From contig OZ059897.1 of NCBI GenBank assembly GCA_964057225.1, positions 1,054,001 to 1,118,000 on the forward strand: a DNA stretch of 64,000 nucleotides, in the 5' to 3' direction. The stretch's first letter is position 1. Each line of letters starts with the position of its first letter. This DNA comes from Auanema rhodensis (taxonomy: Eukaryota; Animalia; Nematoda). Of the stretch, positions 25,598 to 40,700 are shown in pieces. The notes under the pieces were generated by a model, which saw only the letters and a program-made list of their open reading frames with translations, was not told the origin of the DNA and ran no database searches. Made by a program: the position numbers and the translations under genes.

Positions 25598-28500
25598 TCA
25601 CTCTGAAGAATTAATTTTTTCGTTGAATAACATTGTCCATCGTCTTCGCCTTAAAAAAAAGAATCTAAAAACATCTACTTTTTGTAAAAGTATCTTGAAA
25701 TTTTTTGGGGAAATTTTTGTCAAAATGTTTTTGGAAGCAATGTTGAGTGTACATGGAAACTCAACATACACTAATGCATCATTTTTTAAACAATCATAAA
25801 TAATTTTTGTATTGAGCGTTTTTCAATGTAGTATAATGCATTCGATGCGGATTTTTAAGCTGCGTCGATCTGTGTTATCAGATTTGCGCTAGCTTAAAAA
25901 TGCACCCAGATATCAACTGATATAAATTCACACTTATATCCTCGATTTTCACTCTGAAGAATTAATTTTTTCGTTGAATAACATTGTCCATCGTCTTCGC
26001 CTTGAAAAAAGAAATCTAAAAACATCTACTTTTTGTAAAAGTATCTTGAAATTTTTTGGGGAAATTTTTGTCAAAATGTTTTTGGAAGCAATGTTGAGTG
26101 TACATGGAAACTCAACATACACTAATGCATCATTTTTTAAACAATCATAAATAATTTTTGTATTGAGCGTTTTTCAATGTAGTATAATGCATTCGATGCG
26201 GATTTTTAAGCTGCGTCGATCTGTGTTATCAGATTTGAGTTAGCTTAAAAATGCACCGAGATATCAACTGATATAAGTTCACACTTATATCCTCGATTTT
26301 CACCCTGAAGAATTAATTTTTTCGTTGAAAAACATTGTCCATGGTCTTCGCCTTAAAAAAAGGAAATTAGAAACATTTACTTTTTGTAAAATTATCTTGA
26401 AATTTTTCGGGATAATTTTTGTCAAAATGTTTTTGGAAGCAATGTTGAGTGTACATGGAAACTCAACATACACTAATGCATCATTTTTCAAACAATCATA
26501 AATAATTTTTGTATTGAGCGTTTCTCAATGTTATATAGTGCATTCGATGCGGATTTTTAAGCTGCGTCGATCTGTGTTATTAGATTTGAGTTAGCTTAAA
26601 AATGCACCGAGATATCAACTGATATAAGTTCACACTTATATCCTCGATTTTCACCCTGAAGAATTAATTTTTTCGTTGAATAAAATTGTCCATCGTCTTC
26701 GCCTTGAGAAAAGGAATCTAAGAACATCTAGTTTTTGTAAAATTATCTTGAAATTTTTCGGGAAAATTTTTGTCAAAATGTTTTTGGAAGCAATGTTGAG
26801 TGTACATGGAAACTCAACATACACTAATGCATCTTTTTTCAAACAATCATAAATACTTTTGTATTGAGCGTTTCTTAATGTATTATAGTGCATTCGATGC
26901 GGATTTTTAAGCTGCTTCGATCTGTGTTATCAGATTTGCGCTAGCTTAGAAATGCACCGAGATATCAACTGATATAAGTTCACACTTATATCCTCGATTT
27001 TCACCCTGAAGAATTAATTTTTTCGTTGAATAAAATTGTCCATCGTCTTCGCCTTGAGAAAAGGAATCTAAGAACATCTAGTTTTTGTAAAATTATCTTG
27101 AAATTTTTCGGGAAAATTTTTGTCAAAATGTTTTTGGAAGCAATGTTGAGTGTACATGGAAACTCAACATACACTAATGCATCATTTTTCAAACAATCAT
27201 AAATAATTTTTGTATTGAGCGTTTCTCAATGTGGTATAGTGCATTCGGAACAAATGTTTAAGCTGCGTCGATCTGTGTTATCAGATTTGCGCTAGCTTAA
27301 AAATGCACCGAGATATCAATTGAAATAAGTTCACACTTATATCCTCGATTTTCACCCTGAAGAATTAATTTTTTCGTTGAATAACATTGTCCATCGTCTT
27401 CGCCTTAAAAAAAAGAATCTAAAAACATCTAGTTTTTGTAAAATTATCTTGAAATTTTTCGGGAAAATTTTTGTCAAAATGTTTTTGGAAGCAATGTTGA
27501 GTGTACATGGAAACTCAACATACACTAATGCATCATTTTTCAAACAATCATAAATAATTTTTGTATTGAGCGTTTATCCATGTAGTATAGTGCATTCGAT
27601 GCGGATTTTTAAGCTGCGTCGATCTGTGTTATCAGATTTGAGTTAGCTTAAAAATGCACCGAGATATCAACTGATATAAGTTCACACTTATATCCTCGAT
27701 TTTCACCCTGAAGAATTAATTTTGTCGTTGAATAACATTGTCCATCGTCTTCGCCTTGAAAAAAAGAATCTAAAAACATCTAGTTTTTGTAAAATTATCT
27801 TGAAATTTTTCGGGAAAATTTTTGTCAAAATGTTTTTGGAAGCAATGTTGAGTGTACATGGAAACTCAACATACACTAATGCATCATTTTTCAAACAATC
27901 ATAAATAATTTTTGTATTGAGCGTTTTTCAATGTAGTATAATGCATTCGATGCGGATTTTTAAGTTGCGTCGATCTGTGTTATCAGATTTGAGTTAGCTT
28001 AAAAATGCACCGAGATATCAACTGATATAAGTTCACACTTATATCCTCGATTTTAACCCTGAAGAATTAATTTTTTCGTTGAAAAACATTGTCCATGGTC
28101 TTCGCCTTAAAAAAAGGAAATTAGAAACATTTACTTTCTGTAAAATTATCTTGAAATTTTTCGGGATAATTTTTGTCAAAATGTTTTTGGAAGCAATGTT
28201 GAGTGTACATGGAAACTCAACATACACTAATGCATCATTTTTCAAACAATCATAAATAATTTTTGTATTGAGCGTTTCTTAATGTATTATAGTGCATTCG
28301 ATGCGGATTTCTAAGCTGCGTCGATCTGTGTTATTAGATTTGCGCTAGCTTAAAAATGCACCGAGATATCAACTGATATAAGTTCACACTTATATCCTCG
28401 ATTTTCACCCTGAAGAATTAATTTTTTCGTCGAATAAAATTGTCCATCGTCTTCGCAATAAGAAAAGAAATCTAAGAATATCTAGTTTTTGTAAAATTAT

Positions 28501-31500
28501 CTTGAAATTTTTCGGGATAATTTTTGTCAAAATGTTTTTGGAAGCAATGTTGAGTGTACATGGAAACTCAACATACACTAATGCATCATTTTTCAAACAA
28601 TCATAAATAATTTTTGTATTGAGCGTTTCTCAATGTAGTATAGTGCATTCGATGCGGATTTTCAAGCTGCGTCGATCTGTGTTATCAGATTTGCGCCAGC
28701 TTAAAAATGCACCCAGATATCAACTGATATAAATTCACACTTATATCCTCGATTTTCACCCTGAAGAATTAATTTTTTCGTTGAATAACATTGTCCATCG
28801 TCTTCGCCTTAAGAAAAGGAATCTAAAACATATACTTTTCGTGAAATTATCTTGAAATTTTTCGGGAAAATTTTTGTCAAAATGTTTTTGGAAGCAATGT
28901 TGAGTGTACATGGAAACTCAACATACACTAATGCATCATTTTTCAAACAATCATAAATAATTTTTGTATTGAGCGTTTCTCAATGTGGTATAGTGCATTC
29001 GAAACAAATGTTTAAGCTGCGTCGATCTGTGTTATCAGATTTGCGCTAGCTTAAAAATGCACCGAGATATCAATTGAAATAAGTTCACACTTATATTCTC
29101 GATTTTCACCATGAAGAATTAATTTTTTCGTTGAATAACATTGTCCATCGTCTTCGCCTTAAGAAAAGGAATCTAAAAACATATACTTTTCGTGAAATTA
29201 TCTTGAAATTTTTTGGGGAAATTTTTGTCAAAATGTTTTTGGAAGCAATGTTGAGTGTACATGGAAACTCAACATACACTAATGCATCATTTTTCAAACG
29301 ATCATAACTAATTTTTGTATTGAGCGTTTCTTAATGTTGTATAGTGCATTCGATGCGGATTTTTAAGCTGCGTCGATCTGTCTTATCCGATTTGCGCTAG
29401 CTTAAAAATGCACCGAGATATCAACTGATATAAGTTCACACTTATATCCTCGATTTTCACCCTGAAGAATTAATTTTTTCGTTAAATAACATTGTCCATC
29501 GTCTTTGCCTTGAAAAAAGAAATCTAAAAACATCTACTTTTCGTAAAATTATCTTGAAATTTTTCAGGAAAATTTTTGTCAAAATGTTTTTGGAAGCAAT
29601 GTTGAGTGTACATGGAAACTCAACATACACTAATGCATCATTTTTCAAACGATCATAACTAATTTTTGTATTGAGCGTTTCTTAATGTTGTATAGTGCAT
29701 TCGATGCGGATTTTTAAGCTGCGTCGATCTGTCTTATCCGATTTGCGCTAGCTTAAAAATGCACCGAGATATCAACTGATATAAGTTCACACTTATATCC
29801 TCGATTTTCACCCTGAAGAATTAATTTTTTCGTTGAATAACATTGTCCATCGTCTTTGCCTTGAAAAAAGGAATCTAAAAACATCTACTTTTTGCTAAAT
29901 TATTTTGAAATTTTTCGAAAAAATTTTTGTCAAAATGTTTTTTAAGCAATGTTGAGTGTACATGGAAACTCAACATACACTAATGCATCATTTTTCAAAC
30001 AATCATAAATAATTTTTGTATTGAGCGTTTTTCAATGTAGTATAATGCATTCGATGCGGATTTTTAAGCTGCGTCGATCTGTGTTATCAGATTTGAGTTA
30101 GCTTAAAAATGCACCGAGATATCAACTGATATAAGTTCACACTTATATCCTCGATTTTCACCCTGAAGAATTAATTTTTTCGTTGAAAAACATTGTCCAT
30201 GGTCTTTGCCTTGAAAAAAAGGAAATTAGAAACATTTACTTTCTGTAAAATTATCTTGAAATTTTTCGGGATAATTTTTGTCAAAATGTTTTTGGAAGCA
30301 ATGTTGAGTGTACATGGAAACTCAACATACACTAATGCATCATTTTTCAAACAATCATAAATAATTTTTGTATTGAGCGTTTTTCAATGTAGTATAATGC
30401 ATTCGATGCGGATTTTTAAGCTGCGTCGATCTGTGTTATCAGATTTGAGTTAGCTTAAAAATGCACCGAGATATCAACTGATATAAGTTCACACTTATAT
30501 CCTCGATTTTCACCCTGAAGAATTAATTTTTTCGTTGAATAAAATTGTCCATCGTCTTCGCCTTGAGAAAAGGAATCTAAGAACATCTAGTTTTTGTAAA
30601 ATTATCTTGAAATTTTTCGGGAAAATTTTTGTCAAAATGTTTTTGGAAGCAATGTTGAGTGTACATGGAAACTCAACATACACTAATGCATCATTTTTCA
30701 AACAATCATAAATAATTTTTGTATTGAGCGTTTCTCAATGTGGTATAGTGCATTCGGAACAAATGTTTAAGCTGCGTCGATCTGTGTTATCAGATTTGCG
30801 CTAGCTTAAAAATGCACCGAGATATCAATTGAAATAAGTTCACACTTATATCCTCGATTTTCACCCTGAAGAATTAATTTTTTCGTTGAATAACATTGTC
30901 CATCGTCTTCGCCTTAAAAAAAAGAATCTAAAAACATCTAGTTTTTGTAAAATTATCTTGAAATTTTTCGGGATAATTTTTGTCAAAATGTTTTTGGAAG
31001 CAATGTTGAGTGTACATGGAAACTCAACATACACTAATGCATCATTTTTCAAACAATCATAGATAATTTTTGTATTGAGCGTTTCTTAATGTATTATAGT
31101 GCATTCGATGCGGATTTTTAAGCTGCGTCGATCTGTGTTATCAGATTTGAGTTAGCTTAAAAATGCACCGAGATATCAACTGATATAAGTTCACACTTAT
31201 ATCCTCCATTTTCACCCTGAAGAATTAATTTTTTCGTCGAATAAAATTGTCCATCGTCTTCGCAATAAGAAAAGGAAATTAGAAACATTTACTTTCTGTA
31301 AAATTATCTTGAAATTTTTCGGGATAATTTTTGTCAAAATGTTTTTGGAAGCAATGTTGAGTGTACATGGAAACTCAACATACACTAATGCATCATTTTT
31401 CAAACAATCATAAATAATTTTTGTATTGAGCGTTTTTCAATGTAGTATAATGCATTCGATGCGGATTTTTAAGTTGCGTCGATCTGTGTTATCAGATTTG

Positions 31501-31562
31501 AGTTAGCTTAAAAATGCACCGAGATATCAACTGATATAAGTTCACACTTATATCCTCGATTT

Positions 31563-34500
31563 TAACCCTGAAGAATTAATTTTTTCGTTGAAAAACATTG
31601 TCCATGGTCTTCGCCTTAAAAAAAGGAAATTAGAAACATTTACTTTCTGTAAAATTATCTTGAAATTTTTCGGGATAATTTTTGTCAAAATGTTTTTGGA
31701 AGCAATGTTGAGTGTACATGGAAACTCAACATACACTAATGCATCATTTTTCAAACAATCATAAATAATTTTTGTATTGAGCGTTTCTTAATGTATTATA
31801 GTGCATTCGATGCGGATTTCTAAGCTGCGTCGCTCTGTGTTATTAGATTTGCGCTAGCTTAAAAATGCACCGAGATATCAACTGATATAAGTTCACACTT
31901 ATATCCTCCATTTTCACCCTGAAGAATTAATTTTTTCGTCGAATAAAATTGTCCATCGTCTTCGCAATAAGAAAAGGAATCTAAGAATATCTAGTTTTTG
32001 TAAAATTATCTTGAAATTTTTCGGGATAATTTTTGTCAAAATGTTTTTGGAAGCAATGTTGAGTGTACATGGAAACTCAACATACACTAATGCATCATTT
32101 TTCAAACAATCATAAATAATTTTTGTATTGAGCGTTTCTCAATGTAGTATAGTGCATTCGATGCGGATTTTCAAGCTGCGTCGATCTGTGTTATCAGATT
32201 TGCGCCAGCTTAAAAATGCACCCAGATATCAACTGATATAAATTCACACTTATATCCTCGATTTTCACCCTGAAGAATTAATTTTTTCGTTGAATAACAT
32301 TGTCCATCGTCTTCGCCTTAAGAAAAGGAATTTAAAACATATACTTTTCGTGAAATTATCTTGAAATTTTTCGGGAAAATTTTTGTCAAAATGTTTTTGG
32401 AAGCAATGTTGAGTGTACATGGAAACTCAACATACACTAATGCATCATTTTTCAAACAATCATAAATAATTTTTGTATTGAGCGTTTCTCAATGTGGTAT
32501 AGTGCATTCGAAACAAATGTTTAAGCTGCGTCGATCTGTGTTATCAGATTTGCGCTAGCTTAAAAATGCACCGAGATATCAATTGAAATAAGTTCACACT
32601 TATATTCTCGATTTTCACCCTGAAGAATTAATTTTTTCGTTGAATAACATTGTCCATCGTCTTCGCCTTAAGAAAAGGAATCTAAAAACATATACTTTTC
32701 GTGAAATTATCTTGAAATTTTTTGGGGAAATTTTTGTCAAAATGTTTTTGGAAGCAATGTTGAGTGTACATGGAAACTCAACATACACTAATGCATCATT
32801 TTTCAAACGATCATAACTAATTTTTGTATTGAGCGTTTCTTAATGTTGTATAGTGCATTCGATGCGGATTTTTAAGCTGCGTCGATCTGTGTTATCAGAT
32901 TTGCGCCAGCTTAAAAATGCACCCAGATATCAACTGATATAAATTCACACTTATATCCTCGATTTTCACCCTGAAGAATTAATTTTTTCGTTGAATAACA
33001 TTGTCCATCGTCTTCGCCTTAAGAAAAGGAATCTAAAACATATACTTTTCGTGAAATTATCTTGAAATTTTTCGGGAAAATTTTTGTCAAAATGTTTTTG
33101 GAAGCAATGTTGAGTGTACATGGAAACTCAACATACACTAATGCATCATTTTTCAAACAATCATAAATAATTTTTGTATTGAGCGTTTCTCAATGTGGTA
33201 TAGTGCATTCGAAACAAATGTTTAAGCTGCGTCGATCTGTGTTATCAGATTTGCGCTAGCTTAAAAATGCACCGAGATATCAATTGAAATAAGTTCACAC
33301 TTATATTCTCGATTTTCACCCTGAAGAATTAATTTTTTCGTTGAATAACATTGTCCATCGTCTTCGCCTTAAGAAAAGGAATCTAAAAACATATACTTTT
33401 CGTGAAATTATCTTGAAATTTTTTGGGGAAATTTTTGTCAAAATGTTTTTGGAAGCAATGTTGAGTGTACATGGAAACTCAACATACACTAATGCATCAT
33501 TTTTCAAACGATCATAACTAATTTTTGTATTGAGCGTTTCTTAATGTTGTATAGTGCATTCGATGCGGATTTTTAAGCTGCGTCGATCTGTCTTATCCGA
33601 TTTGCGCTAGCTTAAAAGTGCACCGAGATATCAACTGATATAAGTTCACACTTATATCCTCGATTTTCACCCTGAAGAATTAATTTTTTCGTTAAATAAC
33701 ATTGTCCATCGTCTTTGCCTTGAAAAAAGAAATCTAAAAACATCTACTTTTCGTAAAATTATCTTGAAATTTTTCAGGAAAATTTTTGTCAAAATGTTTT
33801 TGGAAGCAATGTTGAGTGTACATGGAAACTCAACATACACTAATGCATCATTTTTCAAACGATCATAACTAATTTTTGTATTGAGCGTTTCTTAATGTTG
33901 TATAGTGCATTCGATGCGGATTTTTAAGCTGCGTCGATCTGTCTTATCCGATTTGCGCTAGCTTAAAAATGCACCGAGATATCAACTGATATAAGTTCAC
34001 ACTTATATCCTCGATTTTCACCCTGAAGAATTAATTTTTTCGTTGAATAACATTGTCCATCGTCTTTGCCTTGAAAAAAGGAATCTAAAAACATCTACTT
34101 TTTGCTAAATTATTTTGAAATTTTTCGAAAAAATTTTTGTCAAAATGTTTTTTAAGCAATGTTGAGTGTACATGGAAACTCAACATACACTAATGCATCA
34201 TTTTTCAAACAATCATAAATAATTTTTGTATTGAGCGTTTTTCAATGTAGTATAATGCATTCGATGCGGATTTTTAAGCTGCGTCGATCTGTGTTATCAG
34301 ATTTGAGTTAGCTTAAAAATGCACCGAGATATCAACTGATATAAGTTCACACTTATATCCTCGATTTTCACCCTGAAGAATTAATTTTTTCGTTGAAAAA
34401 CATTGTCCATGGTCTTCGCCTTGAAAAAAAGGAAATTAGAAACATTTACTTTCTGTAAAATTATCTTGAAATTTTTCGGGATAATTTTTGTCAAAATGTT

Positions 34501-34719
34501 TTTGGAAGCAATGTTGAGTGTACATGGAAACTCAACATACACTAATGCATCATTTTTCAAACAATCATAAATAATTTTTGTATTGAGCGTTTTTCAATGT
34601 AGTATAATGCATTCGATGCGGATTTTTAAGCTGCGTCGATCTGTGTTATCAGATTTGAGTTAGCTTAAAAATGCACCGAGATATCAACTGATATAAGTTC
34701 ACACTTATATCCTCGATTT
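31563..34719 (+). repeat. Copy of the 7-monomer block 28054-30509, expanded to 9 monomers by an internal 2-monomer duplication
   Basis: Both blocks share the indel-bearing monomers (taaaacatata, gttttttaagc, ttgaaaaaaagg) and the cgtcgaata and cgcaataag alleles. Monomers 32265-32965 are repeated at 32966-33666. Confidence 0.85.
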
Positions 34720-37700
34720 TCACCCTGAAGAATTAATTTTTTCGTTGAAAAACATTGTCCATGGTCTTCGCCTTAAAAAAAGGAAATTAGAAACATTTAC
34801 TTTCTGTAAAATTATCTTGAAATTTTTCGGGATAATTTTTGTCAAAATGTTTTTGGAAGCAATGTTGAGTGTACATGGAAACTCAACATACACTAATGCA
34901 TCATTTTTCAAACAATCATAAATAATTTTTGTATTGAGCGTTTCTCAATGTAATATAGTGCATTCGATGCGGATTTTTAAGCTGCGTCGATCTGTGTTAT
35001 TAGATTTGAGTTAGCTTAAAAATGCACCGAGATATCAACTGATATAAGTTCACACTTATATTCTCGATTTTCACCCTGAAGAATTAATTTTTTCGTTGAA
35101 TAAAATTGTCCATCGTCTTTGCCTTGAGAAAAGGAATCTAAGAACATCTAGTTTTTGTAAAATTATCTTGAAATTTTTCGGGAAAATTTTTGTCAAAATG
35201 TTTTTGGAAGCAATGTTGAGTGTACATGGAAACTCAACATACACTAATGCATCATTTTTCGAACAATCATAAATAATTTTTGTATTGAGCGTTTCTCAAT
35301 GTGGTATAGTGCATTCGGAACAAATGTTTAAGCTGCGTCGATCTGTGTTATCAGATTTGAGCTAGCTTAAAAATGCACCGAGATATCAATTGAAATAAGT
35401 TCACACTTATATCCTCGATTTTCACCCTGAAGAATTAATTTTTTCGTTGAATAACATTGTCCATCGTCTTCGCCTTAAAAAAAAAATCTAAAAACATCTA
35501 CTTTTTGTAAAATTATCTTGAAATTTTTTGGGGAAATTTTTGTCAAAATGTTTTTGGAAGCAATGTTGAGTGTACATGGAAACTCAACATACACTAATGC
35601 ATCATTTTTCAAACAATCATAAATAATTTTTGTATTGAGCGTTTCTCAATGTAGTATAGTGCATTCGAAACGGATTTTCAAGCTGCGTCGATCTGTGTTA
35701 TCAGATTTGCGCTAGCTTAAAAATGCACCGAGATATCAACTGATATAAGTTCACACTTATATCCTCGATTTTCACCCTGAAGAATTAATTTTTTCGTTGA
35801 ATAATATTGTCCATCGTCTTCGCCTTGAAAAAAGGAATCTAAAAACTTCTACTCTTCGTTAAATTATCTTGAAATGTTTCGGGAAAATTTTTGTCAAAAT
35901 GTTTTTGGAAGCAATGTTGAGTGTACATGGAAACTCAACATACACTAATGCATCATTTTTCAAACAATCATAAATAATTTTTGTATTGAGCGTTTCTCAA
36001 TGTTATATAGTGCATTCGATGCGGATTTTTAAGCTGCGTCGATCTGTGTTATTAGATTTGAGTTAGCTTAAAAATGCACCGAGATATCAACTGATATAAG
36101 TTCACACTTATATCCTCGATTTTCACCCTGAAGAATTACTTTTTTCGTTGAAAAACATTGTCCATGGTCTTCGCCTTAAAAAAAGAAAATTAGAAACATT
36201 TACTTTCTGTAAAATTATCTTGAAATTTTTCGGGATAATTTTTGTCAAAATGTTTTTGGAAGCAATGTTGAGTGTACATGGAAACTCAACATACACTAAT
36301 GCATCATTTTTCAAACGATCATAACTAATTTTTGTATTGAGCGTTTCTTAAAGTATTATAGTGCATTCGATGCGGATTTTTAAGCTGCGTCGATCTGTGT
36401 TTTCAGATTTGCACTAGCTTAAAAATGCACCGAGATATCAACTGATATAAGTTCACACTTATACCCTCGATTTTCACCCTGAAGAATTACTTTTTTCGTT
36501 GAAAAACATTGTCCATGGTCTTCGCCTTAAAAAAAGGAAATTAGAAACATTTACTTTCTGTAAAGTTATCTTGAAATTTTTCGGGATAATTTTTGTCAAA
36601 ATGTTTTTGGAAGCAATGTTGAGTGTACATGGAAACTCAACATACACTAATGCATCATTTTTCAAACAATCATAAATAATTTTTGTATTGAGCGTTTCTT
36701 AATGTATTATAGTGCATTCGATGCGGATTTCTAAGCTGCGTCGATCTGTGTTATTAGATTTGCGCTAGCTTAAAAATGCACCGAGATATCAACTGATATA
36801 AGTTCACACTTATATCCTCGATTTTCACCCTGAAGAATTAATTTTTTCGTTGAATAACATTGTCCATCGTTTTCGCCTTGAAAAAAGGAATCTAAAAACA
36901 TCTACTCTTCGTTAAATTATCTTGAAATTTTTCGGGAAAATTTTTGTCAAAATGTTTTTGGAAGCAATGTTGAGTGTACATGGAAACTCAACATAAACTA
37001 ATGCATCATTTTTCAAACAATCATAAATAATTTTTGTATTGAGCGTTTTTCAATGTAGTATAGTGCATTCGAAACGGATTTTCAAGCTGCGTCGATCTGT
37101 GTTATCAGATTTGCGCTAGCTTAAAAATGCACCGAGATATCAACTGATATAAGTTCACACTTATATCCTCGATTTTCACCCTGAAGAATTAATTTTTTCG
37201 TTGAATAATATTGTCCATCGTCTTCGCCTTGAAAAAAGGAATCTAAAAACTTCTACTTTTCGTTAAATTATCTTGAAATGTTTCGGGAAAATTTTTGTCA
37301 AAATGTTTTTGGAAGCAATGTTGAGTGTACATGGAAACTCAACATACACTAATGCATCATTTTTCAAACAATCATAAATAATTTTTGTATTGAGCGTTTC
37401 TCAATGTTATATAGTGCATTCGATGCGGATTTTTAAGCTGCGTCGATCTGTGTTATTAGATTTGAGTTAGCTTAAAAATGCACCGAGATATCAACTGATA
37501 TAAGTTCACACTTATATCCTCGATTTTCACCCTGAAGAATTAATTTTTTCGTTGAAAAACATTGTCCATGGTCTTCGCCTTAAAAAAAGGAAATTAGAAA
37601 CATTTACTTTCTGTAAAATTATCTTGAAATTTTTCGGGATAATTTTTGTCAAAATGTTTTTGGAAGCAATGTTGAGTGTACATGGAAACTCAACATACAC

Positions 37701-40700
37701 TAATGCATCATTTTTCAAACAATCATAAATAATTTTTGTATTGAGCGTTTCTTAATGTATTATAGTGCATTCGATGCGGATTTCTAAGCTGCGTCGATCT
37801 GTGTTATTAGATTTGCGCTAGCTTAAAAATGCACCGAGATATCAACTGATATAAGTTCACACTTATATCCTCGATTTTCACCCTGAAGAATTAATTTTTT
37901 CGTTGAATAACATTGTCCATCGTCTTCGCCTTAAAAAAAGGAATCTAAAAACATCTAGTTTTTGTAAAATTATCTTGAAATTTTTCGGGAAAATTTTTGT
38001 CAAAATGTTTTTGGAAGCAATGTTGAGTGTACATGGAAACTCAACATACACTAATGCATCTTTTTTCAAACAATCATAAATAATTGTTGTATTGAGCGTT
38101 TATCCATGTAGTATAGTGCATTCGATGCGGATTTTTAAGCTGCGTCGATCTGTGTTATCAGATGTGAGTTAGCTTAAAAATGCACCGAGATATCAATTGA
38201 AATAAGTTCACACTTATATCCTCGATTTTCACCCTGAAGAATTAATTTTTTCGTTGAATAACATTGTCCATCGTCTTCGCCTTAAAAAAAGGAATCTAAA
38301 AACATCTACTTTTTGTAAAATTATCTTGAAATTTTTCGGGAAAATTTTTGTCAAAATGTTTTTGGAAGCAATGTTGAGTGTACATGGAAACTCAACATAC
38401 ACTAATGCATCATTTTTCAAACAATCATAAATAATTTTTGTATTGAGCGTTTTTCAATGTAGTATAATGCATTCGATGCGGATTTTTAAGCTGCGTCGAT
38501 CTGTGTTATCAGATTTGAGTTAGCTTAAAAATGCACCGAGATATCAACTGATATAAGTTCACACTTATATCCTCGATTTTCACCCTGAAGAATTAATTTT
38601 TTCGTTGAAAAACATTGTCATGGTCTTCGCCTTAAAAAAAGGAAATTAGAAACATTTACTTTCTGTAAAATTATCTTGAAATTTTTCGGGATAATTTTTG
38701 TCAAAATGTTTTTGGAAGCAATGTTGAGTGTACATGGAAACTCAACATACACTAATGCATCATTTTTCAAACAATCATAAATAATTTTTGTATTGAGCGT
38801 TTCTCAATGTTATATAGTGCATTCGATGCGGATTTCTAAGCTGCGTCGATCTGTGTTATTAGATTTGCGCTAGCTTAAAAATGCACCGAGATATCAACTG
38901 ATATAAGTTCACACTTATATCCTCGATTTTCACCTTGAAGAATTACTTTTTTCGTTGAATAAAATTGTCCATCGTCTTCGCAATAAGAAAAGGAATCTAA
39001 GAACATCTAGTTTTTGTAAAATTATCTTGAAAATTTTCGGGAAAATTTTTGTCAAAATGTTTTTGGAAGCAATGTTGAGTGTACATGGAAACTCAACATA
39101 CACTAATGCATCATTTTTCAAACAATCATAAATAATTTTTGTATTGAGCGTTTCTCAATGTAGTATAGTGCATTCGATGCGGATTCTCAAGCTGCGTCGA
39201 TCTGTGTTATCAGATTTGCGCCAGCTTAAAAATGCACCCAGATATCAACTGATATAAATTCACACTTATATCCTCGATTTTCACCCTGAAGAATTAATTT
39301 TTTCGTTGAATAACATTGTCCATCGTCTTCGCCTTAAGAAAAGGAATCTAAAAACATATACTTTTCGTGAAATTATCTTGAAAATTTTCGGGAAAATTTT
39401 TGTCAAAATGTTTTTGGAAGCAATGTTGAGTGTACATGGAAACTCAACATACACTAATGCATCATTTTTCAAACAATCATAAATAATTTTTGTATTGAGC
39501 GTTTCTCAATGTGGTATAGTGCATTCGAAACAAATGTTTAAGCTGCGTCGATCTGTGTTATCAGATTTGCGCTAGCTTAAAAATGCACCGAGATATCAAT
39601 TGAAATAAGTTCACACTTATATCCTCGATTTTCACCCTGAAGAATTAATTTTTTCGTTGAATAACATTGTCCATCGTCTTCGCCTTAAGAAAAGGAATCT
39701 AAAAACATATACTTTTCGTGAAATTATTTTGAAATTTTTTGGGGAAATTTTTGTCAAAATGTTTTTGGAAGCAATGTTGAGTGTACATGGAAACTCAACA
39801 TACACTAATGCATCATTTTTCAAACAATCATAAATAATTTTTGTATTGAGCGTTTCTCAATGTAGTATAGTGCATTCGAAACGGATTTTTAAGCTGCGTC
39901 GATCTGTGTTATCAGATTTGCGCTAGCTTAAAAATGCACCGAGATATCAACTGATATAAGTTCACACTTATATCCTCGATTTTCACCCTGAAGAATTAAT
40001 TTTTTCGTTGAATAACATTGTCCATCGTTTTCGCCTTGAAAAAAGGAATCTAAAAACATCTACTCTTCGTTAAATTATCTTGAAATTTTTCGGGAAAATT
40101 TTTGTCAAAATGTTTTTGGAAGCAATGTTGAGTGTACATGGAAACTCAACATACACTAATGCATCATTTTTCAAACAATCATAAATAATTTTTGTATTGA
40201 GCGTTTCTCAATGTGGTATAGTGCATTCGAAACAAATGTTTAAGCTGCGTCGATCTGTGTTATCAGATTTGCGCTAGCTTAAAAATGCACCGAGATATCA
40301 ACTGATATAAGTTCACACTTATATCCTCGATTTTCACCCTGAAGAATTAATTTTTTCGTTGAATAATAATGTCCATCGTCTTCGCCTTGAAAAAAGGAAT
40401 CTAAAAACTTCTACTCTTCGTTAAATTATCTTGAAATTTTTCGGGAAAATTTTTGTCAAAATGTTTTTGGAAGCAATGTTGAGTGTACATGGAAACTCAA
40501 CATACACTAATGCATCATTTTTCAAACAATCATAAATAATTTTTGTATTGAGCGTTTCTCAATGTGGTATAGTGCATTCGAAACAAATGTTTAAGCTGCG
40601 TCGATCTGTGTTATCAGATTTGCGCTAGCTTAAAAATGCACCGAGATATCAACTGATATAAGTTCACACTTATATCCTCGATTTTCACCCTGAAGAATTA

